Virus genome (UHGV): UHGV-0141615
Length of the DNA stretch: 39,379 nucleotides
Source of the DNA: a virus
Direction: 5' to 3' (one strand)
Made by a program: the position numbers and the translations under genes
The notes under the pieces: generated by a model
Database searches by the model: none
Told to the model about the DNA's origin: nothing
What the model saw: the letters and a program-made list of their open reading frames with translations, nothing else
Part shown: piece after piece, positions 18,842 to 29,703 of the stretch
Layout: every line of letters starts with the position of its first letter
How positions within the stretch are numbered: position 1 is the first letter of the stretch

Positions 18842-20449
18842 AATGCCCGGCTGTAAACCTACGGAATCAGCGGCAGCAGCCATAGCCTCAGGTGACGCTG
18901 TAGCTTGTGCAGCCATACCTTGAGCCAGCGCAGCAGCACCATTATCCATACCCATCTGCATAGACTGTTGGGCCATCTTCTGTTGCTTCTGTTCTTCGGT
19001 AAGAAGGATACCAGAAGTGTCAATACCGATAGCGTTGGCAATTCGCAACTTAATCATCGCAAGGTTAATATCAGGGTCATCCCGCATAGGAGCCAGAGCA
19101 GCCCACGCAGTGACACAGCGTTCCAGCTTATCAAGGTCTTGCCCTCGACCAATTGCTTCCAGACCCGTACTAATGGTTGGCTCTACGGCTTCCTTAGGTA
19201 ACTCAGGAATCTGTTGCGTGGCTTGTAGTTGCTTCAAGAGCACTCGTACCAGAGGCAATTGTAATTCTTGAGAAAGGATAGAGTAGACACCACCTAAAGT
19301 ATCTTCAAGTTCAGAAGCGACATACCGAATCTCTTCGGCGGTCACACGTTCACCTGTGCGCTGAACCGCAGAGTTCAACATAAAGGCAAACGAAAGGCGA
19401 GCCTCAATAGCGTCACTGACAGCCTTGGCTACGGTAAAGTCTGCTTGCTTCTCCAGTTGAAGGAACGAGATGTCTTCTGGACGACCAGTAACGAAGTCAC
19501 CAGTCTGAGCTTTGGTCAGTCGGCGTGGCTGGGTAATACCAGCAGGATTCACTAAGCCGATGACCTTAGAGCTAATCATGGACATCTTGACGATAGCCTC
19601 TTGGAGATTCTCAAGGGACCGTAAGTCACCTAAGTATTCCTCAATGTACGAACGACCGTAGGATTCGCCGTCCAGACGAACCATTCGAATCGGGATGTAT
19701 GGGCAAGCCTCTTTAGGGTAAGACCCATCGGAGCCTTGTATCCCCATGCCTTCAACCTCTTCGTAGCGGAGATATTCGTCTGACTCTTCGTCCAAGTAGA
19801 TGTGAGTATACACATCAATGGTCTCATCAGGTTTCTTCTCACCGCCTTGACCTTCTACAGCCTTACGGATGTCCTCAGGGAGAGCACCGAAAGCTATCTG
19901 GTCACGAGTCACCATTTGCAGAACGTTGCCGAATGCGTCTCGTTGGACCACATAAGAAGACAATCGGTACAGCTTCATGGGATTGTAGTTTGACCCTTCT
20001 GGTTCCGGTAGGTACAGCAGAACGTTACCAGATACGACTAACTGCTTGAGAGCCTCAAAGAGAGTCACGCGGTAGCTGTTAGACTCAATGTAGTTCATGA
20101 TGATACGCTCTACCATTGAGAGACCCTCATCGACCTTAGCGAGTCCATCGGGGTCGCTCAGTAACTGCTTTGCTTCATATTCAGATATAGTAAGTCGCAT
20201 CCAAGTCTGCATAGGGAACAGAGCCAGCATGAGCTTAGAGGCTAGATTGTTTAGACCACGAGCGCCCACAGCTTGCCACGGTGTTTGATAATCTGTAGAG
20301 GCGTTATCGGAATCCTTAGGGAACAATGAGGGGATGGTATATTGAGCGCAATTCTGAGCGCGTGTCTCATAAGGAGCGCGGTCGTTCTTCAATCGGTCAT
20401 AAACGGACTTTGCGCCTTCCTCGGCTAGACCTGTACGCTTCTCAGCCAT
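18839..20449 (-). CDS. 8: Head-to-tail connector (portal) protein, 536 aa
   Basis: Same length as T7 gp8. MAEKRTGLAEEGAKSVYDRLKNDRAPYE... Confidence 0.95.
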   Translation of the reverse strand: MAEKRTGLAEEGAKSVYDRLKNDRAPYETRAQNCAQYTIPSLFPKDSDNASTDYQTPWQAVGARGLNNLASKLMLALFPMQTWMRLTISEYEAKQLLSDPDGLAKVDEGLSMVERIIMNYIESNSYRVTLFEALKQLVVSGNVLLYLPEPEGSNYNPMKLYRLSSYVVQRDAFGNVLQMVTRDQIAFGALPEDIRKAVEGQGGEKKPDETIDVYTHIYLDEESDEYLRYEEVEGMGIQGSDGSYPKEACPYIPIRMVRLDGESYGRSYIEEYLGDLRSLENLQEAIVKMSMISSKVIGLVNPAGITQPRRLTKAQTGDFVTGRPEDISFLQLEKQADFTVAKAVSDAIEARLSFAFMLNSAVQRTGERVTAEEIRYVASELEDTLGGVYSILSQELQLPLVRVLLKQLQATQQIPELPKEAVEPTISTGLEAIGRGQDLDKLERCVTAWAALAPMRDDPDINLAMIKLRIANAIGIDTSGILLTEEQKQQKMAQQSMQMGMDNGAAALAQGMAAQATASPEAMAAAADSVGLQPGI

Positions 20450-20463
20450 GTGTCACCTCCTGT

Positions 20464-20778
20464 TTAAATGTTGATGCCGCCACCGGAGCTACGGGCTACA
20501 CTCAAGGACTTCTTACCACCAGCACGGGCTTTCTTACGTCCGCTTTCGGTCTGTGCTTCGTCCTCAGTGGAAACCTCTTTCTCAGGTACGTCAACAATCT
20601 GTGCAGCAGGAGTTGCGGCAGCTTGTGGAACTTCCACTACTTGTGCTTCCCCAGCACCACCTGCCAGCGCACCAGCAACCTGTTTAACCGGACGAGCCAC
20701 TTCCTTGGTAACTTTCTTCACGGCTTTCGTAACTGGCTTGGTGACTTTCTTAACGGCCTTCTTAATTTTCTTACCCAT
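20464..20778 (-). CDS. 7.3: gp7.3, tail/host-range protein, 104 aa, lysine-rich
   Basis: MGKKIKKAVKKVTKPV...ARSSGGGINI is T7 gp7.3-like (99 aa in T7). Confidence 0.85.
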   Translation of the reverse strand: MGKKIKKAVKKVTKPVTKAVKKVTKEVARPVKQVAGALAGGAGEAQVVEVPQAAATPAAQIVDVPEKEVSTEDEAQTESGRKKARAGGKKSLSVARSSGGGINI

Positions 20779-20781
20779 AAC

Positions 20782-21186
20782 TTATACCTCCTTAAAGTAT
20801 ACACGCATTGTCTCGCCCTCATGCTTACAGCGAGACACCCAATCGCAATCGTGGAGTTCTGCAAGGTACTTAAAGCGTTTCGCTAGGAATCGCTGTAAAC
20901 CCTTAGAGTATGCCTCAGGATTAATGACAACGGACGTTACATCCAGAATGTCTCCTTTGTGGTGAATGTCACAGCTTACGCACCACGCGAAGTACGCTAC
21001 ATGTTTTCCGGTAGAGTCCAGAATGTACTCTTCACGGCAACCAGACATGTCCATAACTTCGTCAACGTAGAGGCTGTAACCTATGAAGTGTCCTTCGAAT
21101 CCTTTAGGCAACCCAAGGTGTTCCACAGTCCACCGGATTGCACGGAAGCGACTATTGGCTTCCACACATATGAACTCGGACATCAC
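20782..21186 (-). CDS. 7: gp7 host-range protein, 134 aa
   Basis: Near-identical to T7 gp7. Confidence 0.85.
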   Translation of the reverse strand: MMSEFICVEANSRFRAIRWTVEHLGLPKGFEGHFIGYSLYVDEVMDMSGCREEYILDSTGKHVAYFAWCVSCDIHHKGDILDVTSVVINPEAYSKGLQRFLAKRFKYLAELHDCDWVSRCKHEGETMRVYFKEV

Positions 21187-21449
21187 TTCTTACCTCCAAA
21201 TGCGGACTTACGGATTGAAGATTTCATACGAGCGGAGCCATTACTACTGGCTTTAGACTTCGCTACGGAATCATCGCGTTCGACCTTGAGGTCTTTGCGT
21301 CCAGACACTTCGGTGCCTTCGGTATCCGTCTCATCAGAAGACCCACCGAACTCTACACCCGACACTTCTTGGGTCAGAGGCGCTGGCTCAACGGCTCGAA
21401 TCTGATTGGTATCCATCTTCGGAACTTTAACTTTCGGTGAGAAACACAT
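21183..21449 (-). CDS. 6.7: gp6.7, a small virion protein ejected into the host, 88 aa
   Basis: MCFSPKVKVPKMDTNQIRAVEPAP... has the same length as T7 gp6.7. SD GGAGG supports the internal ATG at 21449, not the track start. Confidence 0.8.
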   Translation of the reverse strand: MCFSPKVKVPKMDTNQIRAVEPAPLTQEVSGVEFGGSSDETDTEGTEVSGRKDLKVERDDSVAKSKASSNGSARMKSSIRKSAFGGKK

Positions 21450-21453
21450 AAGG

Positions 21454-21708
21454 TCAATCCTCCCCATCATCTCTTAGTTGTTCCTTACGTAACTCAATCT
21501 CGTCAATGACGTTAGAGGCATACTGTAGGCCCTGAATGAACCCCAAGATGTGGGCTTCACTACAACCGTTAGCACGCATAAGTCCTATATGACCAGACGC
21601 TTCGAGGTACGCATAGTTGAATCGAACCTGTAGATACTCAGCGGTTGCACGAGGTACATCTGGAATATCGTTAGGGTTCTTAAGTAATTGGTTAATAGGC
21701 GTTAACAT
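21454..21708 (-). CDS. 6.5: gp6.5, 84 aa
   Basis: T7 gp6.5-like. It is the first gene after phi6.5. Confidence 0.85.
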
Positions 21709-21762
21709 GATGAAGATTCCTCTTATAGTTAAATCTTAAAGTAATAATCATAAAGGCCCCTA

Positions 21763-21785
21763 TCTCCCTATAGTGAGTCGTATTA
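21763..21785 (-). promoter_or_regulatory. T7 RNAP promoter phi6.5
   Basis: Exact consensus reverse complement. +1 at 21768. Confidence 0.9.
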
Positions 21786-21788
21786 ATT

Positions 21789-21842
21789 TAGGGACCTTGA
21801 GTTTATCACTTAGTGTCGTGTAACGACTTGATTATTCGGGCT
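21789..21842 (-). promoter_or_regulatory. RNase III hairpin R6.5
   Basis: Inverted repeat GGGACTTAGCCCGAATAATCAAG...CTCAAGGTCCC immediately upstream of phi6.5, as in T7. Confidence 0.5.
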
Positions 21843-21919
21843 AAGTCCCAAAGGCCCCACGCAATGAGGCCCATTCCGAGAACACAAAGACCAATGCCAA
21901 TATACGCTACGGTCTCCAC
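21806..21919 (-). CDS. 6.3: gp6.3, 37 aa, GTG start overlapping the end of gene 6
   Basis: VETVAYIGIGLCVLGMGLIAWGLWDLARIIKSLHDTK. The GTG start and 13-nt overlap with gene 6 are as in T7. Confidence 0.6.
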   Translation of the reverse strand: METVAYIGIGLCVLGMGLIAWGLWDLARIIKSLHDTK

Positions 21920-22809
21920 AGGTAAATCTCCTTGTCAATAAAGTTGTACTCGTTGAACCGAAGGATGCGAGCCATCTGGCCCTGCTTGATAATATCCTCT
22001 TCGGTCATTCCAGCCTTAGCACCGATGGACTTAATGCAGTCCCAAAGCGTTTCATGAGGCTCAGGGTCGCGTTTAACCCACTTAGTAACCTCTTGGCCTT
22101 TGTTCTTACCAGACTTAAGCACAGACGTTTTAGGCTCGGTTATGAACGGGTTATTCAAGAAGTCCTCGGCAGTATCACCCCATCCAGCAATCCCTGAGTA
22201 ACCATCTGTGATGTCACCCTTGATTGTCTGGAATAGGTGCCACCAGTCAGCGGACTCTTCGGTCTGAGTCAGGATGTTACCAGTGGTACACCACAGGAAA
22301 TCACAGTTAGGGATGGTCTTAAAGTCCTTATCGCACGAGATGATTACCGCCTTACGAGCACCGAATGCAGACGGATTGGAAGCAATAACTCCCATAACGT
22401 CATCGCCCTCAAGCATAGGCTCACGGATGCAATAGAACTCTTCGCGCTCAAAGAGGGCGTCAAGAAACTCAAAGTAACCTACAGGTTTCTTGGTGGCCTT
22501 ACGGTTAGCCTTGTAGTTCGGGTCAACCAGTTCTTTCCGCCAGTTAACATTATCGGTGAACGCAAGGACAATCGGAGCACCTACCCAAGCCTTCTTACGG
22601 GTCTCGTAGGACTTAATGGAATCCTCCAGAATCTGACGGGCCTTAGCGTGGTCACAACAGCGGTGCCAAATCTCTTCCTCCCATGAGGCATCAAACTCAG
22701 CAGCACTCATCGCTTGGAAGACAAGCCAGTCACCATCCATAACAAGGATGCCCTTGTCATCACATCCTTCACGTAACTCGTAGAATTGTTTTAGGTCAAG
22801 AAGTGCCAT
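21907..22809 (-). CDS. 6: 5'-3' exonuclease, 300 aa
   Basis: T7 gp6-like throughout. Confidence 0.95.
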   Translation of the reverse strand: MALLDLKQFYELREGCDDKGILVMDGDWLVFQAMSAAEFDASWEEEIWHRCCDHAKARQILEDSIKSYETRKKAWVGAPIVLAFTDNVNWRKELVDPNYKANRKATKKPVGYFEFLDALFEREEFYCIREPMLEGDDVMGVIASNPSAFGARKAVIISCDKDFKTIPNCDFLWCTTGNILTQTEESADWWHLFQTIKGDITDGYSGIAGWGDTAEDFLNNPFITEPKTSVLKSGKNKGQEVTKWVKRDPEPHETLWDCIKSIGAKAGMTEEDIIKQGQMARILRFNEYNFIDKEIYLWRP

Positions 22810-22954
22810 TAAGTTTCTCCTCTAGCTCAGCCACGTATTCGTCAGCTTCCATTAGTTGATTCTTGAGGCTATCGTTCTCACGTTCCAGAGAGTCGATGTA
22901 GCCCTGCATATCGTTCCACACATCGCGTGGAATAGTAACAAGGTCACGAGACAT
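22796..22954 (-). CDS. 5.9: gp5.9, RecBCD inhibitor, 52 aa
   Basis: MSRDLVTIPRDVWNDMQGYIDSLERENDSLKNQLMEADEYVAELEEKLNGTS matches T7 gp5.9. The start overlaps the gene 5.7 stop by 1 nt. Confidence 0.8.
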   Translation of the reverse strand: MSRDLVTIPRDVWNDMQGYIDSLERENDSLKNQLMEADEYVAELEEKLNGTS

Positions 22955-23163
22955 TATACACAGCCTCCCATTCGTTTCAGAAAGCGAGTACCAGAAGCAG
23001 TAATTTCCCAAGCGCCACCGTTACGTCCACTTGTGGTCAGGCATGAGATGTGACCACGGGAAGCGGCCTCAGCTACGAGGCTCGCATTGTTCCGTACATA
23101 GTTGGACTGGAAAGTCTTAGGGCAACTTTTGATTGCTTGCAGCACTTTCAAGTAGTCAGACAT
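22954..23163 (-). CDS. 5.7: gp5.7, 69 aa
   Basis: MSDYLKVLQAIKSCPKTFQSNYVRNNASLVAEAASRGHISCLTTSGRNGGAWEI... matches T7 gp5.7. Confidence 0.85.
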   Translation of the reverse strand: MSDYLKVLQAIKSCPKTFQSNYVRNNASLVAEAASRGHISCLTTSGRNGGAWEITASGTRFLKRMGGCV

Positions 23164-23459
23164 CAGAACACCTCCCGTACAGTTGCAGGAGATAATTTGA
23201 ACAGTGATTTATCGCTAGTCTCTTCGAACATCTCCTTGACAGCATTACGGATACCTTGGCGTACAGCGAATGCAGCAGCACCGTCTGGACCACGCGTCAG
23301 TGCTTGAACTAGCAACTCTCGGTTCATAGGAGCAATCTCCTCACCAGCGCCAGCACGATGAGCTAAGTCCAGAATCTTTTCTCGCATCAGTTCTTCGGTC
23401 TCGCTGTCCAGCTTAAGGGTAACATCAAAGGACACTTTAAATTTCTTAGTGATAGCCAT
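23163..23459 (-). CDS. 5.5: gp5.5, an H-NS-binding protein, 98 aa
   Basis: T7 gp5.5-like (99 aa in T7). It sits directly downstream of gene 5 with a 19-nt gap. Confidence 0.8.
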   Translation of the reverse strand: MAITKKFKVSFDVTLKLDSETEELMREKILDLAHRAGAGEEIAPMNRELLVQALTRGPDGAAAFAVRQGIRNAVKEMFEETSDKSLFKLSPATVREVF

Positions 23460-23478
23460 AATAATTTCTCCTATAGAA

Positions 23479-25635
23479 TTAGTGACATACGGCCCAGTTA
23501 GGACCCATCTTACCTTCGGTATCCAGAAGACACCGGAAGTTCCAGTGGTCTCCTACCCAGCGCATTGCCTCTTGTGCGGTCTCAATGACAACCTGAGCAA
23601 TCTCTTCGGTACGGCAACCTACTTGGATTTCGTCATGTACCCATGCCATGTACGCAAAGTCCCCATCCCAGCCGTGCTTCAAGCCTTTCTCAACGAGCAT
23701 CTCTTCGGTCTTGATAATCCACAGTTTGCAGATGAGAGCACCAGCAGATTGCAGTAGGGTATTCAAGGCAGCGTGAGGACTGCGGACGTGTACCTTACGA
23801 CCGTCCAGACCTTTAATCCAGCGGCGTTTCCACTTGACTTGTTGTTCACCAGCTACCCACTGAGAGGACTCAACAAGTGTCTGTTGGATAGACTCGCGGA
23901 GTGCTGCAATCGCAGGGGTGTTCTCAAGGAATTTCTTCTTGAGTTCCTTACCGCGCTCTTTACCAGCCCCTACAATCTGCCCAGTCCTCTCATCTCCAGC
24001 ACCATAGAGGAACCCATAGATAAACGTCTTGGCGTTATCTCGCATTAGGTCGTGTTCCTTATTATGCTTATCACGGGCAACGTTTGGTGCTAAGTCGGCA
24101 GCAATTGCGTTCTTCCAGTGAATGTCGCCATTGAGAATCTCGTGAGCGTACTCACCGTTATCAAAGCGAGCCATGAAGTGGGCCAAGCAGCGCAACTCAA
24201 GGCCGGATGCGTCGATACCTGCCTGAACCCAAGGCTTACCAGTTATCTCATCCAAATGGTGCTCAGCGCCAAAAGCAGCGCGACACTGCTCTCCATAAGG
24301 AGAACGTACACCCGGAATTTGCGCAAGGTTGGGGAACGCATGGGTTGCACGACCCGTAACCGCTCCATTAGGGTTAACAGAACCATGAATCTTACCGTCC
24401 TCAGCAACGTAACGAAGCCACGCCTTGTCTCCCTCAGCAGACTGTCCGATTCGCTTCTGAATCATCAGGTACTCTTTAATGAGGTCGATAGCAGCTTGCT
24501 TCTCAGGGTCATCTACACGTACTCCTTCGAGTACCTCATCGTCCACCACAGGAGCACCCTTATCGGTGTACTTCGTGGGGACCCATCCAGCCTCTTGGAG
24601 TTTCTTCTGGATGTGGTCACGAGACGAAGGGTTAAACACAACGTGCTCTACTGGGGTATAAGGAGCACCAGCAACGTACTCGCGGGTATCCAGTTCGCAA
24701 GGCTCACGGCCCTCTCTCTGTGCCTTGTTCTTAGGCTTCTTAAAGATGCCACCAACTTTAGGTGTCTTAATGCGGGGATATTTAGGCAGTGGCTTACCTG
24801 TTCGCGGATGGCAGAACATTTCTGTACCACCTTTAGGCTGATACCACGAGCCGAACGTTTCGGTCAATTTACGTAGCAACTCAGAGCGTCGAGCAGCTAA
24901 CTCTACGTACAACTCTTCGATTGCTTTCGTGTCAAACGGGAACCCATTACGCTCTTGCTTAGCGAGTAGCCATGCAGCGCGATGTTCAACATCAACGGCC
25001 TCAAGGGATTCTGACCAGAACGTAGTGTAACCTACGTCCGTAAAGTCAATCTCAGGAGGGAAGTAATGTTTGTCAGAGAGTAGCTTCTCGAGGAGAGCCT
25101 TAGTGACCACAACGTCCTGAACGTTATAGTCCATCATCTCTTCGTTGAAGTTCCACCACTCCATTCCGTCAACGTATTCCTCACCTTGCTCTTCAAGCAT
25201 ACGCTTAAAGTCATCCTTGTATTCACCCTTCATCTCGCCTAAGCGATAACCCCACGCCTCCAAAGCGTGAGACCCAAAGCGTTTTCCGGGTAACTTACCG
25301 GAACGCAGAAGACCCATATCGGTGTCCTTTAGGTTGGAGTGAATCAAGCGTGACAGCACAAGGGTGTCGATACAGTTCTCACGAGGAAGGTGGAACTCTC
25401 GGTTTAATTGCAACTTTGCTAGTTTGGTTAGCGCAGGGATGTCGAATTTAGTGAAGTTATGCCCCACTATGAGTCCTCCCTTTGCTACCTCGGCTTCTAA
25501 TGCATCAAGGTATTTATTAAAGTCTACAGGGCGATACTTGTTGTACTCTCCAGTGCTGTAATCATAGATAACCGCACAATGAAATTTAGTGGTGGTCTCA
25601 AGTAGACCGTTTGATTCGATGTCTGAGACAATCAT
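23479..25635 (-). CDS. 5: DNA polymerase, 718 aa, with a roughly 14-aa insertion next to the O-helix compared with T7 gp5 (704 aa)
   Basis: [13 protein letters not shown]... has the thioredoxin-binding loop region and the O-helix [16 protein letters not shown]. Extra [14 protein letters not shown] lies just N-terminal of it. Confidence 0.95.
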   Translation of the reverse strand: MIVSDIESNGLLETTTKFHCAVIYDYSTGEYNKYRPVDFNKYLDALEAEVAKGGLIVGHNFTKFDIPALTKLAKLQLNREFHLPRENCIDTLVLSRLIHSNLKDTDMGLLRSGKLPGKRFGSHALEAWGYRLGEMKGEYKDDFKRMLEEQGEEYVDGMEWWNFNEEMMDYNVQDVVVTKALLEKLLSDKHYFPPEIDFTDVGYTTFWSESLEAVDVEHRAAWLLAKQERNGFPFDTKAIEELYVELAARRSELLRKLTETFGSWYQPKGGTEMFCHPRTGKPLPKYPRIKTPKVGGIFKKPKNKAQREGREPCELDTREYVAGAPYTPVEHVVFNPSSRDHIQKKLQEAGWVPTKYTDKGAPVVDDEVLEGVRVDDPEKQAAIDLIKEYLMIQKRIGQSAEGDKAWLRYVAEDGKIHGSVNPNGAVTGRATHAFPNLAQIPGVRSPYGEQCRAAFGAEHHLDEITGKPWVQAGIDASGLELRCLAHFMARFDNGEYAHEILNGDIHWKNAIAADLAPNVARDKHNKEHDLMRDNAKTFIYGFLYGAGDERTGQIVGAGKERGKELKKKFLENTPAIAALRESIQQTLVESSQWVAGEQQVKWKRRWIKGLDGRKVHVRSPHAALNTLLQSAGALICKLWIIKTEEMLVEKGLKHGWDGDFAYMAWVHDEIQVGCRTEEIAQVVIETAQEAMRWVGDHWNFRCLLDTEGKMGPNWAVCH

Positions 25636-26072
25636 TAGAGTTCTCCCTTAAGATACCTTATGGCATTCTCCAACCTATCTGTAGAATCGAAGAATTTACC
25701 TAAACCAATATTGCAGTGCCAGCATAATAGCCCACGAACTTTCAGAGTTACATGGTCGTGGTCAATACAGGCTACCTTATGTCTCTCGGATGAGTGTGCC
25801 ATTATAGCGTCTCCACATATCTTACACTTCCCTCCTTGCGAGTTCCACAATTCCTCATACTGCTCTACTGTCAGGCCATACTTCTTGATTTGAGATTTAC
25901 GAGAACTCCACCTGTGGGCCTCTCGCTTCTCAGCATCATGCTTATGGTATCTCGCATTGTTATCTTTACGGATGCACTCTTTACACCAAGTTCTAAGACC
26001 GTCCTTCATGCGGGAAGCCTTGCCGAACTCGGAGAGCGGCTTTCCGTTCCCACATTTAGAACAAATCTTCAT
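25635..26072 (-). CDS. 4.7: gp4.7-position protein, 145 aa, with CxxC...CxxC plus a DHDH...N zinc-finger nuclease-like motif (Endo VII / HNH-like)
   Basis: MKICSKCGNGKPLS...CKICGD...CIDHDHVTLKVRGLLCWHCNIGLGKF. SD GGAGGTGG precedes the ATG at 26072. The stop overlaps the gene 5 ATG (TAATG). Confidence 0.8.
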   Translation of the reverse strand: MKICSKCGNGKPLSEFGKASRMKDGLRTWCKECIRKDNNARYHKHDAEKREAHRWSSRKSQIKKYGLTVEQYEELWNSQGGKCKICGDAIMAHSSERHKVACIDHDHVTLKVRGLLCWHCNIGLGKFFDSTDRLENAIRYLKGEL

Positions 26073-26075
26073 GCC

Positions 26076-26098
26076 ACCTCCTATAGTGAGTCGAATAG
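26076..26098 (-). promoter_or_regulatory. T7 RNAP promoter phi4.7 (…ATTCGACTCACTATAGGAGG), class II
   Basis: Reverse complement read directly. +1 at 26081. Confidence 0.85.
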
Positions 26099-26150
26099 TA
26101 TTCATGAAGGCCACCACTCGGGCGACCTTGAGTATACCACTCTTAGCTAT
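26097..26150 (-). promoter_or_regulatory. RNase III hairpin R4.7
   Basis: GGCCACCACTCGGGCGACCTTGAGT core between genes 4.5 and 4.7. Confidence 0.5.
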
Positions 26151-26412
26151 CAATCTTGTCTAGGATAGCTATAGCTTCATTGATGCGACCAGCTTCATGG
26201 ATTGCTGTCACGGCAGCTTTGGTAAGCGCATTGACCAGACGCAGTGCTTGCTCATCTGTCAACGTCATACGCTGAGTGTGATTCTTAGAGGACTTAGAGT
26301 CCTTCCAACGGTAGACCATAGTAGCCTTTCCGTTACGAACGTTGATGTGAACCCGACGGTTCCACTGGTCAGCGGTATCGGATAGACGGATAGTTTCAGC
26401 TACGTTAGACAT
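26143..26412 (-). CDS. 4.5: gp4.5, 89 aa (in T7 it binds the Sau toxin / Lon-related)
   Basis: MSNVAETIRLSDTADQWNRRVHINVRNGKATMVYRWKD... is T7 gp4.5-like. SD AGGAG supports the ATG at 26412. Confidence 0.85.
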   Translation of the reverse strand: MSNVAETIRLSDTADQWNRRVHINVRNGKATMVYRWKDSKSSKNHTQRMTLTDEQALRLVNALTKAAVTAIHEAGRINEAIAILDKIDS

Positions 26413-26431
26413 AATGGTTTCTCCTGTTTGA

Positions 26432-26644
26432 TTACTCAAAGAATTTGGAAAGTTGCTGAGCTTGGTTTGCTACACGGGCAGCTTCTGTAACTTTAGTGGA
26501 TGCACTATCAGCCAGTTCGTTTGAGCGAATAGCCAGAGCGCGTGACTGTGTGGCCTCTTTACGAGCCTCATCGTTCAGCCGCTTAGCTTCCACGTTATAC
26601 ATACGAACCAATAGTTGTCCTAATTTCTTAATCAGTTTGAACAT
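26432..26644 (-). CDS. 4.3: gp4.3, 70 aa
   Basis: Same length as T7 gp4.3 and similar. The promoter's own GGAGAC acts as its SD. Confidence 0.85.
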   Translation of the reverse strand: MFKLIKKLGQLLVRMYNVEAKRLNDEARKEATQSRALAIRSNELADSASTKVTEAARVANQAQQLSKFFE

Positions 26645-26648
26645 GGGT

Positions 26649-26671
26649 GTCTCCTTTAGTGAGTCGTATTG
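26649..26671 (-). promoter_or_regulatory. T7 RNAP promoter phi4.3 (CAATACGACTCACTAAAGGAGACAC)
   Basis: Reverse complement read directly. +1 at 26654. Confidence 0.9.
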
Positions 26672-26689
26672 AAATCGTCAAGAATCCTG

Positions 26690-28729
<2,040 letters not shown>

Positions 28730-28746
28730 TATTTGACCTCAAATGC

Positions 28747-28771
28747 GAACAAAGGGAAACCGTTGTGGTCT
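28747..28771 (-). promoter_or_regulatory. RNase III hairpin R3.8 (GGGAGACCACAACGGTTTCCC) in the phi3.8 leader
   Basis: Short perfect hairpin right after +1 of phi3.8, as in T7. Confidence 0.5.
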
Positions 28772-28791
28772 CCCTTTAGTGAGTTCAATTA
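28769..28791 (-). promoter_or_regulatory. T7 RNAP promoter phi3.8 (ATTAATTGAACTCACTAAAGGGAGA), a weak class II variant
   Basis: Reverse complement read directly. +1 at 28774. Confidence 0.85.
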
Positions 28792-28792
28792 A

Positions 28793-29248
28793 TTATCCAC
28801 GGTCAGAAGTGACCAGTTCGTTCTTCTCCCACCAACGCTTAAGGTCGAACGATGGGCAAGCCTTCGGCGCGACCTCATGATGCGCGCGAAGCACAGCGCC
28901 TTCGTACTTAGCCAGTAGCGTGACAAGCAGTGAGCGGAGGGATTGCATTTGGGCTGGCGTAAAGTTAGCGTCGAACTTACCTTTATCGTCAATACCACCT
29001 ACAAGGCAGACACCAATAGAGTTGTGATTATAACCTTTAGCGTGAGAGCCTACAGCCATCTCATCTCGACCTTCCTCTACTGTGCCATCGCGCTTGATGA
29101 TAAAGTGATACCCCACATCGAGCCAACCTTGCTCTTTATGCCACTGGCGAATCTCACGGACACCTACATTCTGACTTGGCTTGGTAGCCGAGCAGTGAAC
29201 AAAGATTGCGTCAGTAGATTCACGTTGTTTAAACTGTACACGAGCCAT
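28793..29248 (-). CDS. 3.5: Lysozyme (N-acetylmuramoyl-L-alanine amidase), a T7 RNAP inhibitor, 151 aa
   Basis: MARVQFKQRESTDAIFVHCSATKPSQNVGVREIRQWH... is T7 gp3.5-like. Confidence 0.95.
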   Translation of the reverse strand: MARVQFKQRESTDAIFVHCSATKPSQNVGVREIRQWHKEQGWLDVGYHFIIKRDGTVEEGRDEMAVGSHAKGYNHNSIGVCLVGGIDDKGKFDANFTPAQMQSLRSLLVTLLAKYEGAVLRAHHEVAPKACPSFDLKRWWEKNELVTSDRG

Positions 29249-29703
29249 TATTTCTTTCCTCCCTTCGATTGTTTCAGCTTGTCAAATGGCACCTCCTTTT
29301 TGGGTTCTTTGAGCCATTCTACAGGAATTAATTTGTCAGCAAACAGAATACCGTGCTTCTCACACCATTCTCCATAACTGGTCGGAGACCCTTTGTATAG
29401 CTTGGTGCGCGAACTTGAGAACACAAGACGGATGTCCAGTTCAGGAAACTGTTCGCGAATCAGTAAGTGTTTCTTTCGGTCGTCACTCTCCCATAAACCT
29501 TTGGTTTCAATAAAGATTCCGTTAGGCAGCAGGAAGTCTGGAGTATACATATGGTTGCTCGCAGGGACAACGTAAGGGATTTTCCACAGTTCATAATCGA
29601 ACTTAATGCCCTTACCCTCTAGCTGCTTAGAGACCTTATCTTCTAGGCCGGAACGGAATGTCCCGACCTTTCGGATACCACGCGCAGCGTATGCGCCAGC
29701 CAC
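29248..29703 (-). CDS. 3: Endonuclease I, a Holliday junction resolvase, 151 aa
   Basis: T7 gp3-like. Its start abuts the gene 2.5 stop. Confidence 0.9.
   Translation of the reverse strand: MAGAYAARGIRKVGTFRSGLEDKVSKQLEGKGIKFDYELWKIPYVVPASNHMYTPDFLLPNGIFIETKGLWESDDRKKHLLIREQFPELDIRLVFSSSRTKLYKGSPTSYGEWCEKHGILFADKLIPVEWLKEPKKEVPFDKLKQSKGGKK

Noticed and set aside
20326-20886. 186-aa plus-strand ORF antisense to genes 8/7.3/7
   Set aside because: Same reasoning. It spans three minus-strand genes and their junctions, with no RBS, so it is a spurious open frame.
24118-24876. 252-aa ORF on the plus strand, antisense to DNA polymerase gene 5
   Set aside because: T7-type genomes are transcribed from one strand only. 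There is no promoter or SD in the plus orientation. Long antisense ORFs are expected opposite GC-balanced, highly expressed genes, and the product is low-complexity (Ser/Leu/Arg-rich).
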